DNA of 64,000 nt from contig CAXXVL010000002.1 in assembly GCA_963667845.2 (NCBI GenBank), positions 960,001 to 1,024,000 of the forward strand, read 5' to 3'. Shown here one piece after another: positions 20,743 through 30,362 of the stretch (position 1 is the first letter of the stretch; the number at the start of each line of letters is the position of its first letter). The notes beneath the pieces were generated by a model, which worked only from the letters and a program-made list of their open reading frames with translations, had not been told where the DNA came from and ran no database searches. This stretch comes from Smithellaceae bacterium. Its GTDB lineage: Bacteria > Desulfobacterota > Syntrophia > Syntrophales > Smithellaceae. The translations under genes and the position numbers were made by a program.

Positions 20743-22041
20743 ATGAATAATGTGACTGCACCCAAGGAGTACAAGCTCTCCACGCGAAGTGCCTATTACA
20801 TCTTCACACTGCTGTTTCTGTTGTATTTCTTCGATTACGTGGATCGGACGATAGTGACCTCCCTTGCTCCCTTCATCCAGAAGGAGTGGGGCCTCACGGA
20901 CACGCAGTCCGGTCTGCTCATGTCGGTCGTCTACTGGTCTATCGTCGTTTTCGTTTTTCCGGTTTCGATCCTTGTGGATCGCTGGAGCCGGAAAAGGACC
21001 ATTGGCGTTATGGCCCTTCTCTGGACGGCCGCTACGGTAGCCTGCGCCTTCACTAAAACCTTTCCCCAGCTGCTCGTGGCCCGTTCCGCCATCGGGATCG
21101 GTGAGGCTGGGTATGCCCCCGCCGGTACGGCCATGCTTTCCGGTTTGTTTCCTCCGGAAAAACGTTCCCGCATGATGGGCCTCTGGAATATCTCCATTCC
21201 ACTGGGCATCGCCATCGGCATTGGCTTGGGCGGCTTCATTGCCACGCACTGGGGCTGGCGGCATGCCTTCGGCCTGGTGGCTATTCCCGGGGCGATCGTG
21301 GCCATCCTGTTTTTCTTCGTCAAGGATTATAAAACGGTGGAGCTGGTTAAAACCGATGCTTCATGCAATACCGGCCCCAATAAAGTCAAGATGAGCAAGA
21401 TGGATATCTTCCGGGAGTTTGTTCATACCCCTTCCCTGATTTTTACCAATCTCGGGTTCATCGGTTGCATCTTTGCCAACAATGCGGTCATCTTCTGGCT
21501 TCCCACGTATTTTCACCGGACGACGGGCGTCTCCATCAGTGAGGCGGGCATGAAAACGAGTGTGCTCATGATCCTGGCGCTCATCGGCCTGCCTCTGGGA
21601 GGATGGCTGGCCGATATGTGGTTTAAGAAACGGGCGAATGCACGGCTCTTGTTTCCCGCGATTACAACAGCCTTGAATGCCATCTGCATCTTTACGGCTA
21701 TATCATTCCTTCAGGGACAGGCACAATATCTGACTCTTATAGGAATGGGCATTCTGGCTTCAGCATTTGCTCCGGCGGCCATCACTGCCACTCAGGAGGT
21801 TATCCACCCCGGACTTCGGGCGACCTCCTACTCCGTGTGCGTCGTTGTTCAGAATCTCTTTGGGGCCTCCCTGGCGCCCATCGTGATCGGAAAGATATCC
21901 GATCTCTATGGCATCCAAGTGGCTATGTCTATTCTGCCCGTTTTCCTTGTAGTCTCGGCCCTGTTGTTTTTTGCCGGATCCTTCTTTTACAAAAAAGATC
22001 TGAGCAAGGTGGAAAAAATTACGCTGGAATGTGAGGATTAG
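20743..22041 (+). CDS. MFS transporter (spinster/ACS-like)
   Basis: About 12 TM segments; DYVDR, VDRWSRKR, GIGEAGY. Confidence 0.9.
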   Translation: MNNVTAPKEYKLSTRSAYYIFTLLFLLYFFDYVDRTIVTSLAPFIQKEWGLTDTQSGLLMSVVYWSIVVFVFPVSILVDRWSRKRTIGVMALLWTAATVACAFTKTFPQLLVARSAIGIGEAGYAPAGTAMLSGLFPPEKRSRMMGLWNISIPLGIAIGIGLGGFIATHWGWRHAFGLVAIPGAIVAILFFFVKDYKTVELVKTDASCNTGPNKVKMSKMDIFREFVHTPSLIFTNLGFIGCIFANNAVIFWLPTYFHRTTGVSISEAGMKTSVLMILALIGLPLGGWLADMWFKKRANARLLFPAITTALNAICIFTAISFLQGQAQYLTLIGMGILASAFAPAAITATQEVIHPGLRATSYSVCVVVQNLFGASLAPIVIGKISDLYGIQVAMSILPVFLVVSALLFFAGSFFYKKDLSKVEKITLECED

Positions 22042-22103
22042 AACAAGAGAGGGATCAAGGGACAAGGTAAAGAAGAGACGTTGCCATACGAGGATTAGAC
22101 CGG

Positions 22104-22150
22104 GTAGGGAACGGTTGCGATAACCTATAGGTCACACAGCCGTTCCCTTC
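22104..22150. repeat. GTAG-type REP-like palindrome, inverted copy of 12617..12662
   Basis: gtagggaacggttgcgataacctataggtcacacagccgttcccttc versus the reverse complement of 12617-12662, gtagggaaaggtcgcgataacctgaaggtcacaagccataccctac. Confidence 0.75.
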
Positions 22151-22170
22151 GATGAAGGAAGACATAAGTT

Positions 22171-23193
22171 ATGAAAGCCGTTGTATATCGCAAAGACAGG
22201 GGGCTGGTTTATGAAGAGATCCCCGACTATCAAATAGCCGACGATGAGGTGCTGGTCAAAGTGGCCAACACGGGTTTTTGCGGTTCCGATCACTCTCTGG
22301 TGGCAGGCAGGCATTTAACCGACGGTACCATTATCGGCCACGAAATCAGTGCAGTGGTTGTAGAAAAAGGCGCCCAGGCGGGAGGCCCCGCTGTGGGTAC
22401 AAGGGTTTGCATCAGGCCGACTTACTGCGGTAAATGCGCAAGCTGCCTCTCCGGCAAACAGCACCTCTGTCGTGTGCACAGGCGAACCACGGGGATCGGC
22501 GATTTACCGGGCGGCTTTGCCGAGTATGTCAAAGTCTATCCGCAAATGCTCATCCCCGTTCCCGAGGGTGTCGATTCCCGTAACGCTGCGCTCGCCGAGA
22601 CCTTTGCCTCAGCGCTGCATGCCATTGATTGCACAAGCGGCACAAAAGGTTCCGTTCTGGTGATGGGAGGCGGTCCTATCGGCCTTTGCGCGGTTCGCCT
22701 CCTTAAAATTCTCGGCTACGGCCCGATTGTTCTCTACGAACCGGTCCGGGCAAAACGGGAGATCGCCCTCGTTTACGGAGCCGACCATGCCTTTGATCCC
22801 CTGGAAAAGGATGCGGATCAGCAGGCCATGGCGGTCGCTCCCGGCGGGTTTAATAAAACGTTTGAATGTTCCGGCGTAAAACAAAATATCGACCGCGCGA
22901 TCCTGCTCGCGGCAGATAGTGGCGAGATTTGCATCGTGAGCATGATCTTTTCGCCTCTGGAAATCGCCGCGCCTTTCCTCATCAATCTCAAAGAAATCCG
23001 TCTCACGGCATCCAACTCCAATACGCATGAAGAAAATATCCAATGCCTCCGGTGGATGGTGGAAGGAAAAATCGATGCGCGGCCGCTGATTTCCGACTAT
23101 GACGTTCTTGCGCGTCTCCCTGAGGTTTATCGGGAGCGGATCGATACCGGCCTGGCTATCAAGGCTCTTTTCAAGGTCGGCGAGGAGTTCTGA
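22171..23193 (+). CDS. Zn-dependent medium-chain alcohol dehydrogenase (sorbitol/threonine DH-like)
   Basis: CGSDH, GHE, structural Zn site CGKCASC...C, GGGPIG. Confidence 0.9.
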   Translation: MKAVVYRKDRGLVYEEIPDYQIADDEVLVKVANTGFCGSDHSLVAGRHLTDGTIIGHEISAVVVEKGAQAGGPAVGTRVCIRPTYCGKCASCLSGKQHLCRVHRRTTGIGDLPGGFAEYVKVYPQMLIPVPEGVDSRNAALAETFASALHAIDCTSGTKGSVLVMGGGPIGLCAVRLLKILGYGPIVLYEPVRAKREIALVYGADHAFDPLEKDADQQAMAVAPGGFNKTFECSGVKQNIDRAILLAADSGEICIVSMIFSPLEIAAPFLINLKEIRLTASNSNTHEENIQCLRWMVEGKIDARPLISDYDVLARLPEVYRERIDTGLAIKALFKVGEEF

Positions 23194-23204
23194 GGGGAAG
23201 ACGA

Positions 23205-23483
23205 ATGCCGGAGCAATATCAACTGATTTACGGGTTTGTCCACTGCCGCGGCAGGACGATCTATCATGCCGGATACACGGATTCGGAAGAGGAAGCACGA
23301 AAGTGGGTCAGGAATCACCGGGAAGGTCTGTCTCCGGCCATGAAGATCCCTCGCGAAGATCCGATTCGTTATTGTAAAGCGGCCTGGTGCCCTTTCAAAA
23401 AGCAGAAACCATGGTTCGACATGGTAGTCAATCGGACCGATCAGGGTGCCGTTCGCGACGACGTCGCAGTGAAGAATCTTTGA
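23205..23483 (+). CDS. Hypothetical 92-aa protein
   Basis: GAGGGG RBS, 11 bp after the ADH stop, co-oriented with the cluster. Confidence 0.6.
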   Translation: MPEQYQLIYGFVHCRGRTIYHAGYTDSEEEARKWVRNHREGLSPAMKIPREDPIRYCKAAWCPFKKQKPWFDMVVNRTDQGAVRDDVAVKNL

Positions 23484-23558
23484 TTTAATGAGCATCAGAT
23501 GATAGTAACCGGACAAAATATCTCAGAGGGGTAAAAACAGCCAAAGGATTCAAAGTTT

Positions 23559-24179
23559 ATGGGCGCAAAGGAAAGACGGGAAAGAGAAAGAGAACAGCGC
23601 AAGAGCCATATCCTGGATACGGCCAGAGAGCTGCTTCTGGAGAAGGGGATGAACGCCACATCCATCAATCAGATTGCTAAACGTTCCGAATTGAGCGTGG
23701 GTGCAATTTATTTCTATTTCAAAGACAAGGAGGAGCTTTTTGCGTCTCTTCAGCTGGAAGGACTGGAATTGCTTCACGGGTCCATTGAACAGGCTGTTCA
23801 TAAAAAAGTATCACCGGAAAAGAAGATCCGGGCGATTGCCGCGGCTTATCTCCAATTCAGCGAAGAGCATAAGAATTATTTCGATATCATTAATTACTTT
23901 TTAACCTCGCCCGCAACCATCTTCCCGCCGAATTTGAAAAACGAAATCGATAAGCACGGCGATGCCAGCATCGCCATGCTGACTGAGGCCGTGCGTGAAG
24001 GTATCGACGCGGGACAATTCAAAGCCGTTGACCCGAAAAGGCAGGCGATCATTCTCTGGGGCGCCTTCAATGGCATGATCCAGCTGAAGAAACTGCAAAA
24101 GACCATCCTGGCAAAAAATGAATATCATTCTCTTTACAGCGAGATTGTGGATCGATTTCTGGATGGGCTGCGCGGTTAG
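23559..24179 (+). CDS. TetR/AcrR family transcriptional regulator
   Basis: RRERE...ILDTARELL..KG...TSINQIA...SVGAIYFYFKDKEEL helix-turn-helix. Confidence 0.93.
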   Translation: MGAKERREREREQRKSHILDTARELLLEKGMNATSINQIAKRSELSVGAIYFYFKDKEELFASLQLEGLELLHGSIEQAVHKKVSPEKKIRAIAAAYLQFSEEHKNYFDIINYFLTSPATIFPPNLKNEIDKHGDASIAMLTEAVREGIDAGQFKAVDPKRQAIILWGAFNGMIQLKKLQKTILAKNEYHSLYSEIVDRFLDGLRG

Positions 24180-24298
24180 CGTGCATTCCCGAAACCTGCA
24201 TTCCGGGTAAATAATACTCCAATTCTGGACAAGTCAATGACCGCAATAGCAACTCTGCCGATTCCGGCTTGCGTCGGAGGACGATTTCGCTGCCTTAG

Positions 24299-24328
24299 GG
24301 GCATAGCCCAGGAGATGCCCTTTTTTTT
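24299..24328 (+). terminator. Intrinsic terminator after the TetR gene
   Basis: GGGCAT...ATGCCC stem followed by T8. Confidence 0.55.
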
Positions 24329-24345
24329 GGATACCGGAGATTTAC

Positions 24346-24378
24346 AAAAAAAGGCAGCCGCTTTACCGGACTGCCTTT
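24346..24378 (-). terminator. Intrinsic terminator downstream of tRNA-Leu
   Basis: AAAGGCAG...CTGCCTTT stem with an A-run on the + strand (U-run on the - strand). Confidence 0.6.
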
Positions 24379-24389
24379 GACTTTTCTAA

Positions 24390-24476
24390 TGGTGCCGAAG
24401 CCGGGATTTGAACCCGGACAGGCGTACACCCACTAGACCCTGAACCTAGCGCGTCTACCAATTCCGCCACTTCGGC
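24390..24476 (-). tRNA. tRNA-Leu (anticodon CAG)
   Basis: Reverse complement is GCCGAAGTGGCGGAATTGGTAGACGCGCTAGGTTCAGGGTCTAGTGGGTGTACGCCTGTCCGGGTTCAAATCCCGGCTTCGGCACCA: cloverleaf, long variable arm, encoded CCA. Confidence 0.97.
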
Positions 24477-24488
24477 ACGCGAGAAGTG

Positions 24489-24516
24489 ACTATACTGAAC
24501 CCGGGGTTCTTGTCAA
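24489..24516 (-). promoter_or_regulatory. sigma70 promoter of tRNA-Leu
   Basis: TTGACA, 16-bp spacer, TATAGT on the - strand just upstream of the tRNA. Confidence 0.65.
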
Positions 24517-24590
24517 GCTAAAATGACTTGAATTTAATACCCAAAATGCTATGTTGCTTCGCATGTTTAAAAACGTAGTGGGAAGAGAAT

Positions 24591-25523
24591 ATGATTGTAT
24601 TTGAAGGAATTAAAGCAATAACAAAAGATTTTCGCGGGGCGTTTGTCACCATTGGCAATTTTGACGGGGTGCACCTGAGCCACCAGCATATCTGCCGGAA
24701 ACTGGCCAGTGAGGCAAGAGCCGCGGGACAGAAATCGCTGGTGATCACCTTTGACCCGCATCCGAAGATGATTCTGCATCCGAATATCCATCCCTTTTAC
24801 CTCCTTACCACACGGGCGGAAAAAATGGCCCTGCTCGAAAAATGCGGCGTCGATGCAACGGTGATTATCAAGTTTGATATGGCATACTCCAAGACCACCG
24901 CCGAACAGTTTGTGCGGGGGTTTCTGTGCGACCAACTCGCGATAACGAAGATTATCATCGGGCATGATTATGTCTTCGGTCAGGCCAGACAGGGCAATGA
25001 CGCCTTTCTGAAAGCCCAGGGAAGAAAGCTCGGTTTTTCCGTGGAAGTGATCCCGGCGTTTAAAATAGGCGACGAGATTGTCAGCAGTACGCTGATTCGC
25101 AATTACATCCTGGCGGGCGATGTCTGTACGGCAAGCCGGTTGCTGGGACGATACTATAATGTAGCCGGGATGGTGGGAAGCGGCGCGGGCCGGGGTGCGG
25201 GTCTGGGTTATCCTACGGCCAACGTCGAGCCGGAAAAAGAACTGGTGCCGCCTTCGGGTATCTATGCGGCCTATGTTGATGTTGACGGCCGGCAATACAT
25301 GGCGGCGCTCAGCATCGGCGTAAAACCGACATTTGAAGATTACACATCCACGTTTGAGGTGTTCCTCCTGGACTATGAGGGCAATCTGCGCGGACAAAAA
25401 ATAAATGTGCTTTTTGTGGAGAAGTTGCGGGACATTGTCAAATTTGACGGTCCCGAAAGCTTGAAGCGTCAGATTGCGGCGGACGTGGAGAAGACAAAAG
25501 AAATTCTAAAACTGAAAAAATAA
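24591..25523 (+). CDS. ribF: Bifunctional riboflavin kinase / FAD synthetase
   Basis: TIGNFDGVH, TFDPHP, VSSTLIR, LGYPTAN. Confidence 0.95.
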   Translation: MIVFEGIKAITKDFRGAFVTIGNFDGVHLSHQHICRKLASEARAAGQKSLVITFDPHPKMILHPNIHPFYLLTTRAEKMALLEKCGVDATVIIKFDMAYSKTTAEQFVRGFLCDQLAITKIIIGHDYVFGQARQGNDAFLKAQGRKLGFSVEVIPAFKIGDEIVSSTLIRNYILAGDVCTASRLLGRYYNVAGMVGSGAGRGAGLGYPTANVEPEKELVPPSGIYAAYVDVDGRQYMAALSIGVKPTFEDYTSTFEVFLLDYEGNLRGQKINVLFVEKLRDIVKFDGPESLKRQIAADVEKTKEILKLKK

Positions 25524-25542
25524 ATTTTGGAGGAAACATCAT

Positions 25543-26622
25543 ATGTTAAAAATTGCCATTGTGGGCGCGACCGGCATCGTCGGTCAGCAGGCCATCGTCA
25601 GCTTGCTTGGACATCCCTGGTTTAAAATTACCAAACTGGTTGCCTCGGAGCGCTCGGCTGATAAGAAATACATCGACGCCCTCAGAGACGCCAATGGTTC
25701 CATTCGCTGGTGGTGCACCGAAGAATTGCCGGCGGACATTGCGAATATGGTGGTCGAAGAAGCAGCGAGCTTTGATCCGACATCCGTCGATATCATTTTC
25801 TCGACCATGGATACAGGACCCGCCAAGGAGCTCGAGCCTAAATACGCCAAAACCACTCCGGTCATCAGCACCGCCTCGGCGTTTCGCTATGAATCCGACA
25901 CCCCGATTCTCGTGGGTGGCGTCAATATGGATCACGCCGCGCTCCTGGCCGTTCAGCAGAAAAACCGCGGTTGGAAAGGGTTCATTTCGCCCAAATCCAA
26001 CTGCACGATAGCGGGTCTGGTGATTTCGTTAAAGCCGATTCTGGATAATTTCGGTGTCAAACAGGTGATGATGACATCACTGCAGGCGATGTCCGGCGCG
26101 GGTCGTACACCCGGGCTTTCGGCCATGGATATGATGGAAAATGTTGTTCCGTACATATCCGGCGAAGAGCCAAAGGTCGAAACCGAACCGCAGAAGATTC
26201 TGGGAAAATTTACCGGCAGCGCCATCCAGGATGCGAAATTCGGCATTACCGCCGCCTGCAACCGCGTACCGGTGCTCGACGGGCATCTCGTCTGCGCATT
26301 TGTGCAGACTGAAAAACCCTGCACACCGGAAGATGTAAAGCGGGTCATGGTCGAGTATGGCAAAGACTTTGCGGAATTGCATCTACCCAGTTCGCCTGCT
26401 CATCTGATCGACGTTACCGATGATCCATTCCGCCCGCAGCCGCGCGTGGATCGCGACAAAGGCGGCGGCATGACCGTCACCGTCGGGCGCATCCGCAAAG
26501 ACCCGATTATTGAAAACGGCATCAAGTACGTCTGCCTGGCCCATAACACCAAGCTGGGCGCGGCCAAAGGTGCTCTGCAGACTGCGGAGTATCTGGTCAA
26601 GAACTATCTGAAACTTGTCTAA
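25543..26622 (+). CDS. asd: Aspartate-semialdehyde dehydrogenase
   Basis: GATGIVGQ, SNCT, QAMSGAG, CNRVPVLDGH, HNTKLGAA. Confidence 0.93.
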   Translation: MLKIAIVGATGIVGQQAIVSLLGHPWFKITKLVASERSADKKYIDALRDANGSIRWWCTEELPADIANMVVEEAASFDPTSVDIIFSTMDTGPAKELEPKYAKTTPVISTASAFRYESDTPILVGGVNMDHAALLAVQQKNRGWKGFISPKSNCTIAGLVISLKPILDNFGVKQVMMTSLQAMSGAGRTPGLSAMDMMENVVPYISGEEPKVETEPQKILGKFTGSAIQDAKFGITAACNRVPVLDGHLVCAFVQTEKPCTPEDVKRVMVEYGKDFAELHLPSSPAHLIDVTDDPFRPQPRVDRDKGGGMTVTVGRIRKDPIIENGIKYVCLAHNTKLGAAKGALQTAEYLVKNYLKLV

Positions 26623-26632
26623 ACCTTCTTCC

Positions 26633-26678
26633 AAGGGCTGCGGAAGTCTATTTGTCGATCATCCGCAGCCCTTTTTTT
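26633..26678 (+). terminator. Intrinsic terminator after asd
   Basis: 12-bp stem AAGGGCTGCGGA/TCCGCAGCCCTT followed by a T-run. Confidence 0.8.
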
Positions 26679-27257
26679 ACTCTTATAACAACACGATTTT
26701 GTCCGGACACAGCCTCATCAGTTCGTGAAGAAAACGGATAGTGTCGGCGGCGACAGGCGACTGTGAATGGCGGCAATCACCGAACGGAGCCAAGACCCAC
26801 CTCTAAATAAACCCTCACACCGAAAATCGAAATCATGGATTGATGGCGATTTTACCGCATTGCCACCTGTGAGTCGCCGGATCTTTCATGGCTACGGTTT
26901 ACAGCATGTTTTTGAAGCGGCTCCAATTTTTTCTATTGTGCCCTTGACCAGCGATCGCTTTTGCCGATCAAAATGCCGCTTTCTTGCGCGATGCATTGCA
27001 AAATTCGGAACAGCAAAAAAGCTGATCGAATTTCTAAAAGCCAACCATCAAGGCGATAAGTTTCTTTTGGTGACGGCGACCACAGAAGTCACCATTCTTC
27101 GCCTATCATCGCGCGGGGACGGATTTGTATTGAAAAACCGTACCGTGTTCTGTTTTTCAATACAAATCCTTTTTCTCCATATGGAATATTAATTTGTCTG
27201 AGGGCTTTTATGATGCTATCTATCAGTAATCATTGAATACGAATGCTCTGCCATGAC

Positions 27258-27272
27258 TGGCACGCTTATTGT
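27258..27272 (+). promoter_or_regulatory. Possible sigma54 -24/-12 promoter
   Basis: TGGCACG-ctta-TTGT, one mismatch to TGGCACG-N4-TTGC, ~210 bp upstream of the binding-protein gene. Confidence 0.35.
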
Positions 27273-27481
27273 AGTAAACATATTTGTGATGAGATCAATA
27301 CAATTATGTACTTTTGGCGGCGGATACAGGTAGCAATGACGCCAAACATACCCGGTCATATGCCCGACCTGACAAAAAAGGGAGTTTCCATGCATATCTA
27401 AAAGGTGAAATGCATCAATTCAACGAGACACTATCAGAGCATCAAGCTTTTATCATACCAAAAAAAGAAAGGAGTACAGAC

Positions 27482-28447
27482 GTGAAAAAGAAAAAAATAT
27501 TTAATGTTTTTTTGATGATGGGGATAGCCATTTTGTTGTGTGCCAGCCCTTCGCAGGCGGCAGGTAAGAAGGTTCTGTTCATCGATTCCTACCACACAGG
27601 CTACGCATGGAGTGATGGGCAGGTTCAGGGCGCTAAAAACCTCTTGGCGGGAAGATACGATTTCAAAGTAATTCACATGGATACCAAGCGCAATCCATCA
27701 GCCGATGCTCAGAAGAAGGCGGCGGAAAGGGTCAAGGCTGAAATCGATTCCTGGAAACCGGACGTAGTAATTGCCGCCGACGACAATGCCTCGAAATTGG
27801 TTATCGTGCCTTTTTACAAAAATTCGAACATCCCCTTTGTTTTCTGCGGACTTAACTGGGATGCCTCAGCTTACGGTTTCCCCACCAATAATGTGACCGG
27901 CGTACTAGAAGTTTCCGTTATGAGGCCGCTCATCGATACGATGAAAAAATATGCCAAGGGCAATCGTATCGGATTCCTGGGAAAAGACAATGAGACAGAC
28001 CGCAAGGAAGCGGATATGATTTCGAAAAAATTTGGTGTTACGTTCTCGGCTGTCAAGTTTGTCAATAACTTCGAGGAGTGGAAAACGGCTTACAGCAAAA
28101 TGCAGGATGATGCTGATATGCTCATTTTTATCAACAACGCCGGGATCAACGGCTGGAATGACGCAGAAGCAAAAAAGATCACCAGAGAAAAAACGAAGAT
28201 TCCGACCGCCAGCAGTCATGATTTTATAGCTCCATTCGTTCTGATCGACTATGCCAAACTTGCCGAAGAGCAAGGTGAACTGGCCGCCGGAATGGCGATA
28301 AAAATTCTCAACGGCACATCGCCGAAAGATATTCCCGTTACAAGCAACAAGAAGGGACAGATGTATATCAATCTCGCCATTGCGAAGAAACTGGGGATTC
28401 AGTTTCCGCTGGAGACTCTGAAAGCGGCTAAAGTCATCAGTGAATAG
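27482..28447 (+). CDS. Periplasmic ABC-type substrate-binding protein (no adjacent permease)
   Basis: AGGAG RBS and GTG start, signal peptide (…ASPSQA), IDSYH..YAWS, PDVVIAADDNA, EEQGELAA...ILNG.SP.DIP...INL..AKKLG. Confidence 0.85.
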   Translation: MKKKKIFNVFLMMGIAILLCASPSQAAGKKVLFIDSYHTGYAWSDGQVQGAKNLLAGRYDFKVIHMDTKRNPSADAQKKAAERVKAEIDSWKPDVVIAADDNASKLVIVPFYKNSNIPFVFCGLNWDASAYGFPTNNVTGVLEVSVMRPLIDTMKKYAKGNRIGFLGKDNETDRKEADMISKKFGVTFSAVKFVNNFEEWKTAYSKMQDDADMLIFINNAGINGWNDAEAKKITREKTKIPTASSHDFIAPFVLIDYAKLAEEQGELAAGMAIKILNGTSPKDIPVTSNKKGQMYINLAIAKKLGIQFPLETLKAAKVISE

Positions 28448-28633
28448 ATCTATTTGAATATTCATCTCATTTCATTTTGTGACTGAGATGAAAAATAGCT
28501 TGTAAGATTACGATCTCTCTCCCGGGTTCTGGGAACCGACAGAATTTATGGAAAGAGGTCGTAATCAAATAGGCGGTGGGAATATACCACTGTCCGTGGC
28601 TTTTACGCAGGCAAAATAATAGGGAATTTGTCT

Positions 28634-30211
28634 ATGAAATATTCAATGAAAGCAAAAATATTGTTCTTAGTCGGCCTCGCTTATTTGATTACAGTTATCG
28701 CTGTGGTCGGCCTGACGGTTTACTTGTCGGGAAACATCGCCGACGAGGTAGCCGCTGTTGTCGATAACGGACAGGTCGAGGTATATTCACAGAGGCTGGG
28801 CGGTATTGCCGGAGAAATTGACCAAAGCTACCAGGGCCTGCAAACGGTGATCAACAGCACCGGACTCGCCGGTACCGACATGGCCAAAACCTATGAAGCA
28901 GAGGCCCAGACAAACATCATCAATGCACTGAAAAAGAAATATTATGCGGAAAAGCAGTTAAAGGATACGGACATTTTCCCTTTTATTATAGATGCCCGGA
29001 CGGATGTTATCCTCCATCCATTTTTAGAAAAGGGAAACTCCACATTGAAACAGGCTGGATTCGCCGAGCTCCTTTCAGAAGCCAAGCAGAATGTCTTCCG
29101 GTATCAACAGGGAAATTTGACAAAATGGGTCTTCTTCAAAAAGTTTGCTCCCTGGGGCTGGACCGTTTGTTATGTCGTTCCTGACAGTCTGAAAAACGCC
29201 GGAGTCTATAAAGTGAGCAACCTTCTCGACACCATGGGGTACATGCTTGCCTTGATGATCTTTTTGTTCGCTATTGCAGTTATGTTTTGCCTTACCTGGT
29301 TTATCACCCGATTTATTACCCGACCCATCGGAGGGGTGATCCTCGGCCTCAATGATGCATCGGAACAGGTTGCAGTTTCCGCGGCGCAGGTGTCGGCATC
29401 GAGCCAGTCCTTAGCCGGAGGAGCATCCGAGCAGGCCGCATCTCTGGAGGAAACCTCTTCGTCCATGGAAGAAATGTCTTCAATGACCAAGCAGAATGCC
29501 AATAACGCCGGTCAGGCCAAAGCGATGATGGGAGAAGCCGGCCAAATTGTTCAGAAGGTCAGCGGACATATGGATGAGATGGGCACGGCCATCGCGGAAA
29601 TTACGAAGACAAGCGAAGAGACCGCGAAAATTATTAAAACCATTGATGAGATCGCGTTCCAGACCAACCTGTTGGCCTTGAACGCGGCAGTGGAAGCGGC
29701 CCGGGCGGGCGAAGCCGGGGCTGGTTTTGCAGTGGTCGCCGATGAAGTGAGGAATCTGGCCCTGCGTTCGTCAGAGGCGGCAAAAAATACGAACAACCTC
29801 ATCGACAATACCATCAAAGCTGTAAAAACCGGCAACGAGTTGACGAAGAAGACTCAGGAAGCATTTAAGGAAAACATTTCCATTTCCAATAAGATCAGCC
29901 AGTTGATTGATGAAATCGCCACCGCTTCACAGGAGCAGGCCAAGGGCATCTCGGAAGTGAGTGCCGGAATAGCTGAAATGAATGGAGTAACCCAGCATTC
30001 GGCAGCCACCGCCGAGCAATCGGCCAGTGCCTCAGAAGAAATGAATCTTCAGGCTCAAAAGATGAAAAGCTACGTAGCAGATCTGAGTGAAGTAGTGGGC
30101 GGAGGATCATTCGTCCAAACGGATCATCACAGTGAGTCTGCCGACCTCAGGATCTCGTCATCCAGGGCTCAACTAAAAGAGAAACGTGAAAGGACGGCGC
30201 TGCTCCGCTGA
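28634..30211 (+). CDS. Methyl-accepting chemotaxis protein with a Cache-like sensor domain
   Basis: Two TM helices; [34 protein letters not shown]. Confidence 0.95.
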   Translation: MKYSMKAKILFLVGLAYLITVIAVVGLTVYLSGNIADEVAAVVDNGQVEVYSQRLGGIAGEIDQSYQGLQTVINSTGLAGTDMAKTYEAEAQTNIINALKKKYYAEKQLKDTDIFPFIIDARTDVILHPFLEKGNSTLKQAGFAELLSEAKQNVFRYQQGNLTKWVFFKKFAPWGWTVCYVVPDSLKNAGVYKVSNLLDTMGYMLALMIFLFAIAVMFCLTWFITRFITRPIGGVILGLNDASEQVAVSAAQVSASSQSLAGGASEQAASLEETSSSMEEMSSMTKQNANNAGQAKAMMGEAGQIVQKVSGHMDEMGTAIAEITKTSEETAKIIKTIDEIAFQTNLLALNAAVEAARAGEAGAGFAVVADEVRNLALRSSEAAKNTNNLIDNTIKAVKTGNELTKKTQEAFKENISISNKISQLIDEIATASQEQAKGISEVSAGIAEMNGVTQHSAATAEQSASASEEMNLQAQKMKSYVADLSEVVGGGSFVQTDHHSESADLRISSSRAQLKEKRERTALLR

Positions 30212-30362
30212 TGAAGGAAAGAAAAAGGGAGATCGGGAAAAAGCAGTGGCCAGGAGTTCTTTACTCCCGTGAAAGCGCAAATATTGAAGGATTTCTGATT
30301 CGCCTTTTCCAAGTCCGAATTGGAACTTGATAAACCGGAGCTTGGAAACATAAAGTTCGCAA

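Noticed and set aside
26767..27192. 141-aa + strand ORF after asd
   Set aside because: No recognisable RBS or motif; probably non-coding or decayed sequence.
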